The notes under the pieces are model-generated. The model was not told the origin of the DNA, ran no database searches, and saw only the letters and a list, made by a program, of their open reading frames with translations. Of a stretch of 64,000 nt of DNA, positions 19,676 to 30,621 are shown in pieces. Location: positions 29,610-93,609 of the IMG/VR virus record IMGVR_UViG_3300046373_000069; one strand, 5' to 3'. Each line of letters starts with the position of its first letter. The first letter of the stretch is position 1. The DNA is from a virus. The position numbers and the translations under genes were made by a program.

Positions 19676-20247
19676 GTGAAAACGTTATTCTCTACGTGAA
19701 GCATGTGGCGTGGTTAAATGTAACGCCAGATAAACATGACAAGTCACGTAGAGACTCACGTATTGAGGGAAGCCCGGAGACGGAGCTTCCCTTTCTCACT
19801 CAGTACGAACAAACTCTTGTCTCCTACTGGATCGAAGCAGGCCAAGTAACCTCTTTAGGCACTGGCCTTGCCCCACTAACTTGGGCGGAAATCCAAGCGT
19901 GGGCTAAACAGTTTTACACAGAACAATATGTAGAGTGGGTCGAGCCTCCACGCCCCTTACGCGCAGATGGGCAACCGGACGAGCGTTTCCGAGCAAGGCC
20001 CATCCCCCTCCTAGCAACCCAGTGCGTCCTCACTGACTGGGAGCTACAAATGATTAAAAGAATGTCTCAAGAATATGTAGCCGAGTATTCACAGAATGAC
20101 CCAAGCAGGCCATGTCCGAAGGAAGTCATCCTTGATGATATCACAGAAGACGACAAACTAGCTAATGCGAATGCTTTTGAATCCGCGTTCAAGTCGCTAT
20201 TTGGTGCCGATAAAGTTCCTGCTGTTGAAGCAGTTAATAACATTTAA
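19660..20247 (+). CDS. Tail assembly chaperone extension (T-like), via -1 frameshift
   Basis: The -1 frame is open from the T6 run (FFGEISENVILYVKHVAWL...); PLTWAEIQAW motif. Confidence 0.75.
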   Translation, partial: FFGEISENVILYVKHVAWLNVTPDKHDKSRRDSRIEGSPETELPFLTQYEQTLVSYWIEAGQVTSLGTGLAPLTWAEIQAWAKQFYTEQYVEWVEPPRPLRADGQPDERFRARPIPLLATQCVLTDWELQMIKRMSQEYVAEYSQNDPSRPCPKEVILDDITEDDKLANANAFESAFKSLFGADKVPAVEAVNNI

Positions 20248-20257
20248 GGAAAACTAA

Positions 20258-23200
20258 TTGGCTATGAATATCACATCACTCACCGTATCCGTCCGCAGCG
20301 AAGGCATTAAGGAAACCTCTCAGGCTCTGGGAGGTTTGTCCACGTCCGCAGCCAACGCTGCCAAGCGTATCGACGCCTTCATCGAAGCTACTAACCGCCT
20401 GAAAGCTGCCAGCATGGGCGCTGCCACAGCAGTAGCACAGCATGCGCAGCAATCCATACAAGCGATGAACGCCGTCAGCAACGCCCTCGGGGCTGGCAAC
20501 GTTGCGAGCGAATCCGCTGTCAGTTCTGGCAGAAAGCTCTCTCAGACGCTCATCGAACAGCGCCGCCAGTATGAAATGTACAACGTCTCTGCTAGGGAAT
20601 ACGCTCGCGCTCAAGGTGAGGCTAACCGCGTCAACCGTGAGATGGATAACGCCAAGCGTAACAGCGTATTGGTGCAGCAAAAGCGCGACTTAGACATGCT
20701 GAGCATCAGTGCAAAGCAGTATGCCGCAACTCAAGCAGAGGCAATTAAGCTCAACAGGGAGTATGACAAGGCCTCTGTCAGTCAGAAGCTTATCCAGCAG
20801 AAGAGGGACACTGACGCGCTTACATCATCTTCTAGGCAATACGCTTCGGTACAAGCAGAAGCACTGCGAATGAATAGGGATTTCGACAAATCTCTTGCTT
20901 CGCAAAGGCTGTTGCAGCAGCGCCGAGATATGCAGAGTTACAGTGACGCCGCCCGCGAGTACGCCCGTGCACACGCTGAAGCAATCCGCATGAATCAGCA
21001 GTTTGACCGCGCGCTCCAACAAAGTAACGGCTCTATGCGCGAAGCTCATGGCTTTGCACGCGGTCTTGCTGGCTCGATGGGTGCGCTGTGGGTGACTTAC
21101 GGCGCATTCCTCGGTATGAGTTTGGGTGTGGCACTTGGCGTAGGAATGAAGGAAGCTATCTCTGGATTCACACAAGTTGAATACCAAATGACGTTCCTGA
21201 AGGCGCTTACCGAAGACACTACCACATCTGTGAAGTCTCTATCTCATCAGATGCATGAGGTTTCAGGTGTTCTTGGTATTTCTCCAGAGGCTGCTGCCAA
21301 GGGTTTGCGTGCACTCGGACAAGCTGGCCTTGATACACGGGACGCTCTCGCTACCCTGCCTGTCGCTTTCAAACTGGCTACTGTGGGCGAACTGGCACTT
21401 GACTCTGCCGCACTTGCAATGACGGGTGTGATGAATGCATACGGCCTGAAAGTCCGTGACCTTGAGCACATTGGCGATATGATGTCTAAGGCTGGTGCTA
21501 TGTCTGCTGCCTCTGTGGACAGTATGAGTGTGTCGATGAAGTACTCAGCAGGTACAGCAGAGCAGTATGGCGTCTCGCTTGAGAAGTTGGGCACCATTCT
21601 TACACTGCTTGGTAAGCGCGGTATTACAGGGTCGTCCGCAGGTGTCGCAGCCAATAACCTGATTGCTGAAATCTATTCTCCATCCAGCGACAAGGCTATT
21701 CGTGCAATGGCGGCATTGGGCGTGAAAGCATACGCCGACGGTGTACGTAAAGAATTTGATGTCGTCACAGCAGAAATGAAATCCGCACTTGCCAAGTTTG
21801 ATGGTGAGTCGCAAGGTAAACTGCTTGAGGACATGTTTGGTAAGAAAGGCGGCAAGGGCTTCTACGCTGTAGCTAAAGCTGGGCAAGAAGAATTCCTCGC
21901 TATCGAGAAAGAACTTGTAGGTGCCACAGGCTTCACTGCCGAAGTTTACAAGAAAAGTTTGCAGACAATTGAAGGTCAGATGAACTTGACCAAATCTGCT
22001 ATTCAAAACACCTTCGCCCAAATCGGTGAAGAATCGGCAGCTCCTATCAAAACCCTCCTCAGTACTGTCCGCGAGATTGCTAGCTCGGGGGGTGTTAAGG
22101 ATGCACTTGTTGGGCTGTCTCAATCTATCAAGACTTTCCTCACCACTGTGGTCCCTGCTGCTACAGCTGTGGGTGGTTTGTGGTTGGCAATGCGTGTAGG
22201 CCCTCCGGTGATTGCAGGCGTCACAGCAGCATTAGGCGCCCTGAGTGTAGGTAGTCTCACAACGGGCTTCGTAGCGGCTCGTACTGCTGTAATGGGCTTC
22301 TTTGCAGCCATTCAAGCAGGCAACGTCGCAATGCTCGCTGCAAACCCAATCTTTGTCGGTATTGTCGGTGTTGTTACGCTGTTGGCTGGTGCATATCTTC
22401 TGCTCAAGCGGAATAAAGAGTCTGTCATGGACATGCACTCTCAAGAGATGAAGAACTCTGAAGACACTATCAAGAGTTTGACAGAGGAAAACGCTCTTCT
22501 GGACCGCAAGATTAGCTTGCAGCGTCGAGGTATTTCTGGCGATGGCGAAGCTGCGGAACTGCGCAAGATGGCAAACCAAGACGCCCTCACGCTGATGAAG
22601 GAAGAAGCTGCTGCGAATCAGAAGCGTATTGACGCCTTGAGTAAGCAGGGGCCGGGGCGTTCGGAAGGCAGTGACTCTGCCCGAATGACTGAGATTGATC
22701 GTCTGACAAACGCTAACAAAGCCTTGAACAAGGCGATGGAAGATAAGGGTAAGCTTTTCGCCAAAGAGGCAGAGCTTGACCAGAAGCGTCTTGAGCGTCT
22801 GAAAATCTACCGTGAAGAGCAAAAGCTGCTGCGCGCTGGTGAGGAGTACGCAGAGCAAGGTCAAGAAACTCCTGTGGTTGGTGGCCAGAAGTACGGCGGC
22901 AAAGATGCTCAGGAGGCTGCCAAAGCTGCCAAAGAGGCATTTGCAACTGTGATGGAAGCAACTGACGCGCGGATCATGGAGGCTCGCCGTGCAATGACTT
23001 CTTTTGAAGAGGAGCAGAATAAGCTCTTCAAGGCTGGCGAAATTGGCAAGCTTCAGATGATTGAACGGGTAGGCAACGAGCAAGTTAAGCAGTATGGGAA
23101 GATTCAGCAGGCTATCTCCGAGAAACTGAGCGCCGCTCAGCGTAAGGGGGACACTTCCGAAGTGGCACGCTACCTAGGTGACCAGAAGCAAGCCCAAGCT

Positions 23201-26158
23201 GATTTTGAAGCAGCCAAGCGTACCAACTCCGCAGCCACTGAACAAGCCATCACGAACTACCAAGAAACCAACTCCCGCCTACGCGCAGCACAACTTGAGA
23301 AAGAGGGCAAGTACCAAGCGGCAGCGGCAGAGCGTTTCTCGACCGAGCATTCCGCAGCGTACAAACAAGCTGAGGCCGATGCAACGCATTATGCAGAAGT
23401 CGCTAAGAAGGCTCTTGCAGGAGGTGACGAGAAGGGTGCCAAAGCTGCTACAGAGAAGGCCAAAGGGGCTTCCGCAGTATTCAAGCAGCTCGGGGAAACA
23501 CAGAAAGCTGCAATGGCTGATGGCTTCGACAAAGAGGCTATGGAAAGTTTCATGGCGGGTGTAACGAACCTGAAAGACAGTTTCAAGAGTATCCAAACTG
23601 CTTACGAAGGCCAAGGCTTGGCTGCTATGTGGGAAGCTGCGTCTGCTGCCTCCGCGACATACCAGTCTAAAATTGATGAGCTGAAGCAGAAGATGGTGGG
23701 TGTTACCGACCCTAAGCAAATCGCAGCGATGAATGCTGAACTCACTAACGCAGCAGAAGCTCAACGTAAATCGTGGGTGGGTGTTGGTGAGACAATCGGC
23801 AAGTCTCTCGAAAGTGCATTTGGCCGTGGTGGCAAGTCGATGGGAGAGTTGTTTGAAATCTCGGCTAGGTATGATCGACTTGAGAATAAAACAGGCACAG
23901 CCCGTGTTAAGGCATATGCCGACGCAGCAGGTGCAGCTAAGGGGTTCTTCAAAGAAGGTACAACAGGTTACAAAGTGTTGGAAGGTGCTGAAAAGGCATT
24001 CCGCTTGATCGAACTTGCTGGTATGGCGAAGTCCTTGGCAGCTACTGTCGCTACAGCAGGTGCGAAAGCACTGGCTTGGGTACCAGCAGTGTTTGCGTCG
24101 TTTATGGGGTCGATGGGGCCTTACGGCGCTGTTGCCGCTGCTGCTGCACTGGCTGCTGTGGGTATCTCAGCAATGGGGGGCGGCTCTGCTCCAACGTCCG
24201 CAGAGCAACGCCAGAAGACGCAAGGTACTGGAAGCGTCCTCGGAGCCTCTGATGCTAAATCTGAGTCTATTGCTAAGAGTATTGAGCATCTGGAAAAGAA
24301 TTCCGGCTTGGGCCTCTACCACAGCAGCGAAATGGTGAAGTCTCTGAAGTCCATCCAAGCCAATATCGGCAGCTTGGCTAGCATGGTGGTGCAAACCACG
24401 GGGATTAACAGCAACATGCCCGCTGACGCTGACGGCAGCATGGCTAAACTTGGCTCGGCTATCGGCTCACCCCTAAAAGCGATCCCCGGTGGCGAGTGGT
24501 TAGGGAAGCAGTATGCCAAGCTCACCAATGCTATCTTCGGAGGTAAAACTTCAGCACTTGACACTGGCTTCACAATGAAAGCCACAACTGTTGCACAAGC
24601 AGCCGCTGGAAATGTCAATGCTGGTCAGTACACCGACATGAAGAAGGATGGTGGCTTGTTTAGCAAGGACAAGTATTACACCGATATGAAATCCTTGGGC
24701 GCTGAAGCCAACGCGCAGTTTGGCAAGATTATCGGCTCATTCGCAACAGTACTGAAAGACGCTAACAAGGAACTAGGTATCAACTCTGAATTGTTTGCAT
24801 CTGAGCTTGCCAACTTCAATATCGACATCGGCAAAATCAGCTTCAAAGATATGTCTGGTGAGGAAATCGAGAAAGAGCTTCAAGCAGTGTTCTCGAAGCT
24901 TGGTGACGATATGGCTAAGTGGGCGTTTGCTGGCCTCACACCTTTCCAGAAAGTTGGTGAAGGGATGTTGGAAACAATCTCGCGTGTCACTAATAACCTG
25001 ATCCAAGTGAAGGATGTGTTTGCTGCTCTTGACAAGCAATTCTCATTGACGGGTGTGGCAGCAGTAACTGTAAGTGAGGGCTTGATTGAATTGGCTGGTG
25101 GTATTGAGAATCTGACAGAAGGTACGAAATTCTACGTCGACAACTTTTTGACGCAAGCTGAACGTATGGCTCCAATTACGAAGTCAGTGGCTCAGCGTCT
25201 CGCAGAACTCAACATCATCGACATCAAGACAATCGAACAGTATAAGCAGAAGATTCAAACTTTGAATTTGATGAATGCAGCAGATCGTGAGTTGTACGTG
25301 AACATGATCGATTTGGCCCCTGCCTTTAAGGAAGCTGCTGATTATGCCCAAGACTTAATCGACGGCACTGTAGACCTGACGGATGCTCAACAAAAAGCTC
25401 TCGACAAGGTGAAGGATGCGCGTTCTGCTTTGCAGGAAGCGTACGACACTGAGAAGAGCAGCCTACAAGGTGTTATTGATAAGACTAAATCGTTCATCCA
25501 AACTCTAGCTTCCTACAAAGATAGTCTGAAGCTTGGCAGCGATAGCCCTCTTACTAACATGCAGAAGTATGACGAAGCTAAGTTCCAGATGCAGAGTATT
25601 GCTGAAAAAGCTCTCGCTGGTGATCAAGCTGCGAAGGATAAGTTTACTAGCATGGCAAGCAGCTTCTTGGCAGCTTCCAAGGTTGTGAACGCGTCTGGTA
25701 ACGCATACACGAGTGATTTCAACTATGTGCAGAACATGATTGATAAACTCACTGCTGGCGCACAAGCTGAAATCTCCACCGCTGAGACTTCCTTGGAGGC
25801 GTTGAACAGGCAAGTGGCAGGGCTGCTAGAAATTAATAAGAGCGTTCTCACTGTGGCTCAGGCAATCGTTAATCTGCAAACAGCAATTACGGCAGGTAGC
25901 GGTGCTGGGTTGTCGAACACGCAGATGGGGCTTGCACCTACTCCGACGATTGGCTTCTACGCGCCTGAAGGCAAGGTAAACAATGATGAGTTTATTGCAG
26001 CTATCAATCGTAACACAGAGGCTGTAAATGCGCAGCGTGAAGAGCAGAAGGCGCAAGTTGGTGCTCAAGTGGCTGCTGACATTGAAGGCACTGATCGTAT
26101 CGTTGAGACGCTCACTTCAAAAACATCAGTCAGCAATCCACAAATTAAATTAGCTTAA
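20258..26158 (+). CDS. Tape measure protein
   Basis: 1966 aa, Ala-rich helical, TP901-type core, follows the chaperones. Confidence 0.93.
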   Translation: MAMNITSLTVSVRSEGIKETSQALGGLSTSAANAAKRIDAFIEATNRLKAASMGAATAVAQHAQQSIQAMNAVSNALGAGNVASESAVSSGRKLSQTLIEQRRQYEMYNVSAREYARAQGEANRVNREMDNAKRNSVLVQQKRDLDMLSISAKQYAATQAEAIKLNREYDKASVSQKLIQQKRDTDALTSSSRQYASVQAEALRMNRDFDKSLASQRLLQQRRDMQSYSDAAREYARAHAEAIRMNQQFDRALQQSNGSMREAHGFARGLAGSMGALWVTYGAFLGMSLGVALGVGMKEAISGFTQVEYQMTFLKALTEDTTTSVKSLSHQMHEVSGVLGISPEAAAKGLRALGQAGLDTRDALATLPVAFKLATVGELALDSAALAMTGVMNAYGLKVRDLEHIGDMMSKAGAMSAASVDSMSVSMKYSAGTAEQYGVSLEKLGTILTLLGKRGITGSSAGVAANNLIAEIYSPSSDKAIRAMAALGVKAYADGVRKEFDVVTAEMKSALAKFDGESQGKLLEDMFGKKGGKGFYAVAKAGQEEFLAIEKELVGATGFTAEVYKKSLQTIEGQMNLTKSAIQNTFAQIGEESAAPIKTLLSTVREIASSGGVKDALVGLSQSIKTFLTTVVPAATAVGGLWLAMRVGPPVIAGVTAALGALSVGSLTTGFVAARTAVMGFFAAIQAGNVAMLAANPIFVGIVGVVTLLAGAYLLLKRNKESVMDMHSQEMKNSEDTIKSLTEENALLDRKISLQRRGISGDGEAAELRKMANQDALTLMKEEAAANQKRIDALSKQGPGRSEGSDSARMTEIDRLTNANKALNKAMEDKGKLFAKEAELDQKRLERLKIYREEQKLLRAGEEYAEQGQETPVVGGQKYGGKDAQEAAKAAKEAFATVMEATDARIMEARRAMTSFEEEQNKLFKAGEIGKLQMIERVGNEQVKQYGKIQQAISEKLSAAQRKGDTSEVARYLGDQKQAQADFEAAKRTNSAATEQAITNYQETNSRLRAAQLEKEGKYQAAAAERFSTEHSAAYKQAEADATHYAEVAKKALAGGDEKGAKAATEKAKGASAVFKQLGETQKAAMADGFDKEAMESFMAGVTNLKDSFKSIQTAYEGQGLAAMWEAASAASATYQSKIDELKQKMVGVTDPKQIAAMNAELTNAAEAQRKSWVGVGETIGKSLESAFGRGGKSMGELFEISARYDRLENKTGTARVKAYADAAGAAKGFFKEGTTGYKVLEGAEKAFRLIELAGMAKSLAATVATAGAKALAWVPAVFASFMGSMGPYGAVAAAAALAAVGISAMGGGSAPTSAEQRQKTQGTGSVLGASDAKSESIAKSIEHLEKNSGLGLYHSSEMVKSLKSIQANIGSLASMVVQTTGINSNMPADADGSMAKLGSAIGSPLKAIPGGEWLGKQYAKLTNAIFGGKTSALDTGFTMKATTVAQAAAGNVNAGQYTDMKKDGGLFSKDKYYTDMKSLGAEANAQFGKIIGSFATVLKDANKELGINSELFASELANFNIDIGKISFKDMSGEEIEKELQAVFSKLGDDMAKWAFAGLTPFQKVGEGMLETISRVTNNLIQVKDVFAALDKQFSLTGVAAVTVSEGLIELAGGIENLTEGTKFYVDNFLTQAERMAPITKSVAQRLAELNIIDIKTIEQYKQKIQTLNLMNAADRELYVNMIDLAPAFKEAADYAQDLIDGTVDLTDAQQKALDKVKDARSALQEAYDTEKSSLQGVIDKTKSFIQTLASYKDSLKLGSDSPLTNMQKYDEAKFQMQSIAEKALAGDQAAKDKFTSMASSFLAASKVVNASGNAYTSDFNYVQNMIDKLTAGAQAEISTAETSLEALNRQVAGLLEINKSVLTVAQAIVNLQTAITAGSGAGLSNTQMGLAPTPTIGFYAPEGKVNNDEFIAAINRNTEAVNAQREEQKAQVGAQVAADIEGTDRIVETLTSKTSVSNPQIKLA
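20537..21016 (+). repeat. Four ~40-aa tandem repeats in the tape measure N-terminus
   Basis: L.QQ(K/R)R....S...YA..(Q/H)AEA...N..(F/Y/M)D repeated four times; boundaries approximate. Confidence 0.8.
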
Positions 26159-26169
26159 AAGGAAACCTC

Positions 26170-27660
26170 ATGGCAGTGACAAGCACGCAGTTGAAGGATT
26201 GGCTTAGGAAGACTAGCAGCGCACGCCGCTGCGTGCTTGTTGAGGTTGGTGTGTTGACAGGTGGCTCGGAAATCACGCGCTATCTGTCCAATAAGGGCTA
26301 CACCACCAAAAGTGGTGAGGCTCCTGCTAACACGCAGTACAAGCCATGTGTTTCTGGTGGTGTGACATTCACAGAGTCGTTGTCGCTAGACGGCTCTGTG
26401 ACTATCTCCACAGGCGCTATTGAGTTTGATAACACAGATGGTAAGCTGGACAGCTGGCTTATCGATGTGTGGAAGAATCGCAGTGTGAAAGTTTTTATCG
26501 GGGATGAGTTGTGGCCCCGTAGCGATTTCTATCAGATTTTCGATGGGGTTACGGACAAGCTTGATTGTACTTCCAGAGACATTGTTAGTCTTGTCGTCAG
26601 CGACAAACTCCAGCGTCTGAACACCACAGTGAGTGATGTGAAGCTGGGTGGCAGCAGTGCTAATGCAGACAAGCTAATTCCTTGGTTGTATGGTGAGCAG
26701 TTCAACGTCACACCATTACTGGTTGATCTTGCTTACAACGAGTATCAAGTTAGCGGTGGGCCAATCAGTGAGATTGAAGAGGTGAGGGACAATGGCGTTC
26801 CAGTGGGATTTGTTCCACTTCTCTCACAAGGGAGGTTCAGGATCACTCAAGCCCCACAAGGCACAATCACTTGTGATGTTATGGGGGATGCGCCAAACGG
26901 AGTTTACGTTGACGATGTTGTTAATATCATCAAGCGCCTTGTTAAAAGCTTCGGCAATGCTCAGCAGCGTTTCACAGACAGCGATCTGGACTTGGTATCT
27001 TTGAACGCTTTCGCTGCTGCGAACACACAACCTGTGGGCTTGTACTTGACAGACAAAGCTAACGTGCTGGAGTGCTGCAATAAGCTCGCTGCCAGTATTG
27101 GCGCAAGGTGCGTAATGTCTCGTACCGGGTTGCTCTCGTTAATCAAGCTAGACCTGCCGCAAACCACCTCCGGTACGCTCGTCACGGCGGACGATATTTA
27201 TGAGCGCAGCCTTTATGTTAGTCAAATGCCTGACGTTATGGCTGCTGCTCAGGTTGGCTACTGTAGGAACAACACAATTCAGAATGCCCTACAGACTGGC
27301 CTCCCACAAGACCAAATTGCTATGTATGCCCAAGAGCAGGAGTGGCTTACATCTACAAAGAAATCGGATGCTGTGGCTACCGATTATAAGTTGTTCACCA
27401 ATCCTGACATGATTGAAACCCAGCTTATGACCCCCGAGGGTGCTGACAGTGAGGCAACGAGGCTCAAAACTTTGTGGGGTGTGCAGCGCAGGGTGGTGGT
27501 ATATGACGGCATGCCTTGGCTCATGTTGGAGAGTTTAGGCAACCCCCAAACAGTGAAGCATCCCACACGCTTTCAACTCGCAGCGGGTGTCCGAGGCCAG
27601 ATTGTCCGCATCACATCAGATTGGCTTAAAGCCAAAATTCAAATAGGAGTGCTCCTTTAA
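26170..27660 (+). CDS. Tail tip/hub protein
   Basis: 496 aa after the tape measure; IPWLYGEQFNVTP and VRDNGVP motifs. Confidence 0.65.
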   Translation: MAVTSTQLKDWLRKTSSARRCVLVEVGVLTGGSEITRYLSNKGYTTKSGEAPANTQYKPCVSGGVTFTESLSLDGSVTISTGAIEFDNTDGKLDSWLIDVWKNRSVKVFIGDELWPRSDFYQIFDGVTDKLDCTSRDIVSLVVSDKLQRLNTTVSDVKLGGSSANADKLIPWLYGEQFNVTPLLVDLAYNEYQVSGGPISEIEEVRDNGVPVGFVPLLSQGRFRITQAPQGTITCDVMGDAPNGVYVDDVVNIIKRLVKSFGNAQQRFTDSDLDLVSLNAFAAANTQPVGLYLTDKANVLECCNKLAASIGARCVMSRTGLLSLIKLDLPQTTSGTLVTADDIYERSLYVSQMPDVMAAAQVGYCRNNTIQNALQTGLPQDQIAMYAQEQEWLTSTKKSDAVATDYKLFTNPDMIETQLMTPEGADSEATRLKTLWGVQRRVVVYDGMPWLMLESLGNPQTVKHPTRFQLAAGVRGQIVRITSDWLKAKIQIGVLL

Positions 27661-29567
27661 TGCCGATGAAGAACCCGCGCAGTGTGGCTTTAAGAAATGC
27701 TAATCCGCGCCTACTGACTTCTCCTAACGCAGATGTGCTGCTGAGCGCAAGCACTCCAATCTTTCACGTTAATAACTCCGGCATTCCCTCGACAAATACC
27801 ATCACACTCAACGCTAGTTTGATTGCGATGGAAGGCACTGTGACGTTCACTTGTGAAGGTGGTACGCTCAGCAACATCGTGGGTAACACTTGCGCGCTGA
27901 ATTATGAAACGCTCACTGGTGACAATGCCAAGGTTATTGCAACGATTACATATCGGAACAAGACGTACACTGATACAGTAGAAATCTCTAAAGTGTATGA
28001 CGGGCAGAATGGCGTTGTTGGCATGAACAACGCTGTGGTGTATGCCTACCAACGCTCTGCCACGCAGCCAACAGGCACCCCGGGGGCTGTTACGTACAGC
28101 TTCACTGCTAGGGCTATTACGAATGCCTCGCTATCTAGTGGGTGGCAGAAAATACTCCCAAGTGGTACAGGTACGTTGTGGATTACTGCAGCTACAGCTG
28201 CCTCGTCTGGCAGCAGCGATGATATCGCAGCAAATGAGTGGAGTGGTTCAGTTATACTGGCACAGGACGGTACACAGGGGACGAATGGTATTAACAGTGC
28301 GGCAGTGACTATTTACCAGCGCACAGCCACCACAACGGCCCCTGCCCTCCCAAGTGCAGCTACTACATACACGTTTAATCCTCCGGGCCTTACAGGGCTT
28401 ACTAACGGCTGGACGACAACACTACCGAATGCCTCTGCTGGTAAATACTTGTGGGCGTCCACAGCCACTGCTGCAAACACTGCTGCTACGGATAGTATTC
28501 CCGCTAGTGAATGGGCAGCGGCCCAGATGCTTGTGCAAGATGGCGCAGCAGGCACTCGGGGTAATGTCCAAGTAGCTCGGGCTATTCCGGGCAGCGTGTG
28601 GAGTGACTCTGAAGCTGCTCTAGCTATCTCTGGCGCGGGTTATGGCACTCCGCAGAACCGGGATATTGTAACTCTGTACAACAACTCTGCAAACTACTCT
28701 CAACAGAAATATTATGACGGCGCAGCTTGGCAAGCGTTGGCAGCATATTTTCCGGGTGGTGTGATTGTAGATGGTACAATGGATGCTACCGCGCTGAAGG
28801 CTAAAACTATCACAGGCGATAAGATTGCAGCTAGGGCGATTACGGCTACAAGTATCAATGTCTCAGGGAATAGCGACAACATTATTCCTGACCCCCGATT
28901 TAAAGACTTAGTTTGGTGGGGGCGTGTAGGCAGCGCAGTCGGGCAATTCGCTGAAAATGGTCAAGTGACAGGGTGGAAAGGTGGTGCCTCACTCTACTTG
29001 AGCCAAAACTCGGGCGAACTTATTAGTTATAGCCAGTATTTCGACTTGATTCCCGGCGCCACATACTTGATCGAAGTACAAGTCGGCCTGAGTAGTGATT
29101 TCAACGGGCGGGCGTCTGTGTACCTAACTATCCCCGGCGACCGGGACTACGCGATGGTTGACCGCAGTGCAGGGCAGGTGTGGTCAGATAACTTGCCAGT
29201 ACAACTCAATGCATCCTCTCCAAAAGGGATTATCACCTACTCGACCACGTACACCATCCCTACCAGTGGTACGCTATCGAAGGCGCGCATTCAAATTAGG
29301 AACAGTCACACTGTCGGGATTATTGAAGTCGGTAGCGCTAGCATCACGCGAGTTTCCGATAGTGTTTTGATTAAAGATGGCGCAGTTACAGCAAATAAAA
29401 TTAGTGTAGTTTCTCTGTCTGCTATTAATGTAGATGTGGGATTTCTTACTAGCAGAGCCGGAGGCCCCGGTGCTGGATACGGAGCAGGTACGGAAATTCA
29501 GAAGGATCAGATTCGCATCTACGACGAAGCTGGGAACTTGAGACTACTCGACGGGAGGTTAAACTAA
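27660..29567 (+). CDS. Tail fibre/host-specificity protein
   Basis: Two ~90-aa repeats (27999-28538), IVDGTM..IT.DKI repeats, carbohydrate-binding-like insert, gpJ-like C-terminus IRIYDEAGNLR. Confidence 0.7.
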   Translation: MPMKNPRSVALRNANPRLLTSPNADVLLSASTPIFHVNNSGIPSTNTITLNASLIAMEGTVTFTCEGGTLSNIVGNTCALNYETLTGDNAKVIATITYRNKTYTDTVEISKVYDGQNGVVGMNNAVVYAYQRSATQPTGTPGAVTYSFTARAITNASLSSGWQKILPSGTGTLWITAATAASSGSSDDIAANEWSGSVILAQDGTQGTNGINSAAVTIYQRTATTTAPALPSAATTYTFNPPGLTGLTNGWTTTLPNASAGKYLWASTATAANTAATDSIPASEWAAAQMLVQDGAAGTRGNVQVARAIPGSVWSDSEAALAISGAGYGTPQNRDIVTLYNNSANYSQQKYYDGAAWQALAAYFPGGVIVDGTMDATALKAKTITGDKIAARAITATSINVSGNSDNIIPDPRFKDLVWWGRVGSAVGQFAENGQVTGWKGGASLYLSQNSGELISYSQYFDLIPGATYLIEVQVGLSSDFNGRASVYLTIPGDRDYAMVDRSAGQVWSDNLPVQLNASSPKGIITYSTTYTIPTSGTLSKARIQIRNSHTVGIIEVGSASITRVSDSVLIKDGAVTANKISVVSLSAINVDVGFLTSRAGGPGAGYGAGTEIQKDQIRIYDEAGNLRLLDGRLN

Positions 29568-29863
29568 TGGCCCAGTACGGCGGAGCAACATACCGCAACA
29601 ACAAAGTAGTGCTAGACCCAGCGGGAGGGGGTGGCATCTTTGTAGCTCGTGTGACATTCAACGACCAATACACTAGGTACACATACACCGATCTTGACAC
29701 TATGACTTTGTTCGGGTTCGACCTTACAGGCGGATATCACAACGTGGTGTATGGGAGGGACGGTAGCGGTTTTCCCTATGTAGAGGCAATGGGGTTCACC
29801 CCTGCACCGGACACCCCTAGTGGCCTAGACTACACAACCACAGTTGCGGTGTTTGCGAGATGA
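29567..29863 (+). CDS. Small tail-tip accessory protein
   Basis: 98 aa, MAQYG start, coupled to the fibre gene. Confidence 0.5.
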   Translation: MAQYGGATYRNNKVVLDPAGGGGIFVARVTFNDQYTRYTYTDLDTMTLFGFDLTGGYHNVVYGRDGSGFPYVEAMGFTPAPDTPSGLDYTTTVAVFAR

Positions 29864-30609
29864 GCGAATATGGAAAACGCATAATCTCTGCGAATGGCGC
29901 TAGGCAGGTAGACAATAAGCGCATGGTGCCGCAGCTAATCTCGGTAGATAATCTCGCGGGGTGGTCTTACGCTGATACGCCCGTGCAAGATGGTTGGGTG
30001 TACCGCATCTATCAACCCCCCGCAGCTTGGGTAGCCTACTCCCGTCCGTGTATAACCTTCACAAGCCTGCCTAGCACTTCGAGAGAGGTTTATATCTCGG
30101 GCATCGAACTTGTCTATCAGGCCGGGGTTTCTGTGGACCACCCTGTTCTTTATACGTTTGCATTAGACTACGTAACATACAGCAGTGCTAACTACGGCAG
30201 GCGGGCATGGAATGCAAGTGGTGCCCTCATATATGACAGCGGGAACCCTCACCTCAATATCCATCAGATATTCTCTGGAATGAGTCCAGACGTATCGTGG
30301 ACCGATCACGAGGCTGGCCTAACTCTCAACAGTTACCCGTCACCTCTTGGAAGCCTCCCGCTTTCTCCGGCAATTTACGGGGATAGTTACCAAGTTACGG
30401 ATCACTGGGGAGATAAGACAGGCCGTGGCAGTGCCACGGGCAAGCTGTTTTATCGCTTCACAGGTGGCAACACCCTCCAGAGCATTCTCTGCCAAACTAA
30501 ATATGTCTTTGACACCACAATCACTTCCGCCAACCCATACTTAGCTGTCAATAAGGGGCCAGCAACAAATATGAGCTTGATGGTTATCGACAGATATATA
30601 TACGACTAA
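29860..30609 (+). CDS. Tail-tip accessory protein
   Basis: YG.R...A.G motif twice (MSEYGKRI, NYGRRAWNASGALIYDS). Confidence 0.55.
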   Translation: MSEYGKRIISANGARQVDNKRMVPQLISVDNLAGWSYADTPVQDGWVYRIYQPPAAWVAYSRPCITFTSLPSTSREVYISGIELVYQAGVSVDHPVLYTFALDYVTYSSANYGRRAWNASGALIYDSGNPHLNIHQIFSGMSPDVSWTDHEAGLTLNSYPSPLGSLPLSPAIYGDSYQVTDHWGDKTGRGSATGKLFYRFTGGNTLQSILCQTKYVFDTTITSANPYLAVNKGPATNMSLMVIDRYIYD

Positions 30610-30621
30610 GGAATACACAAT

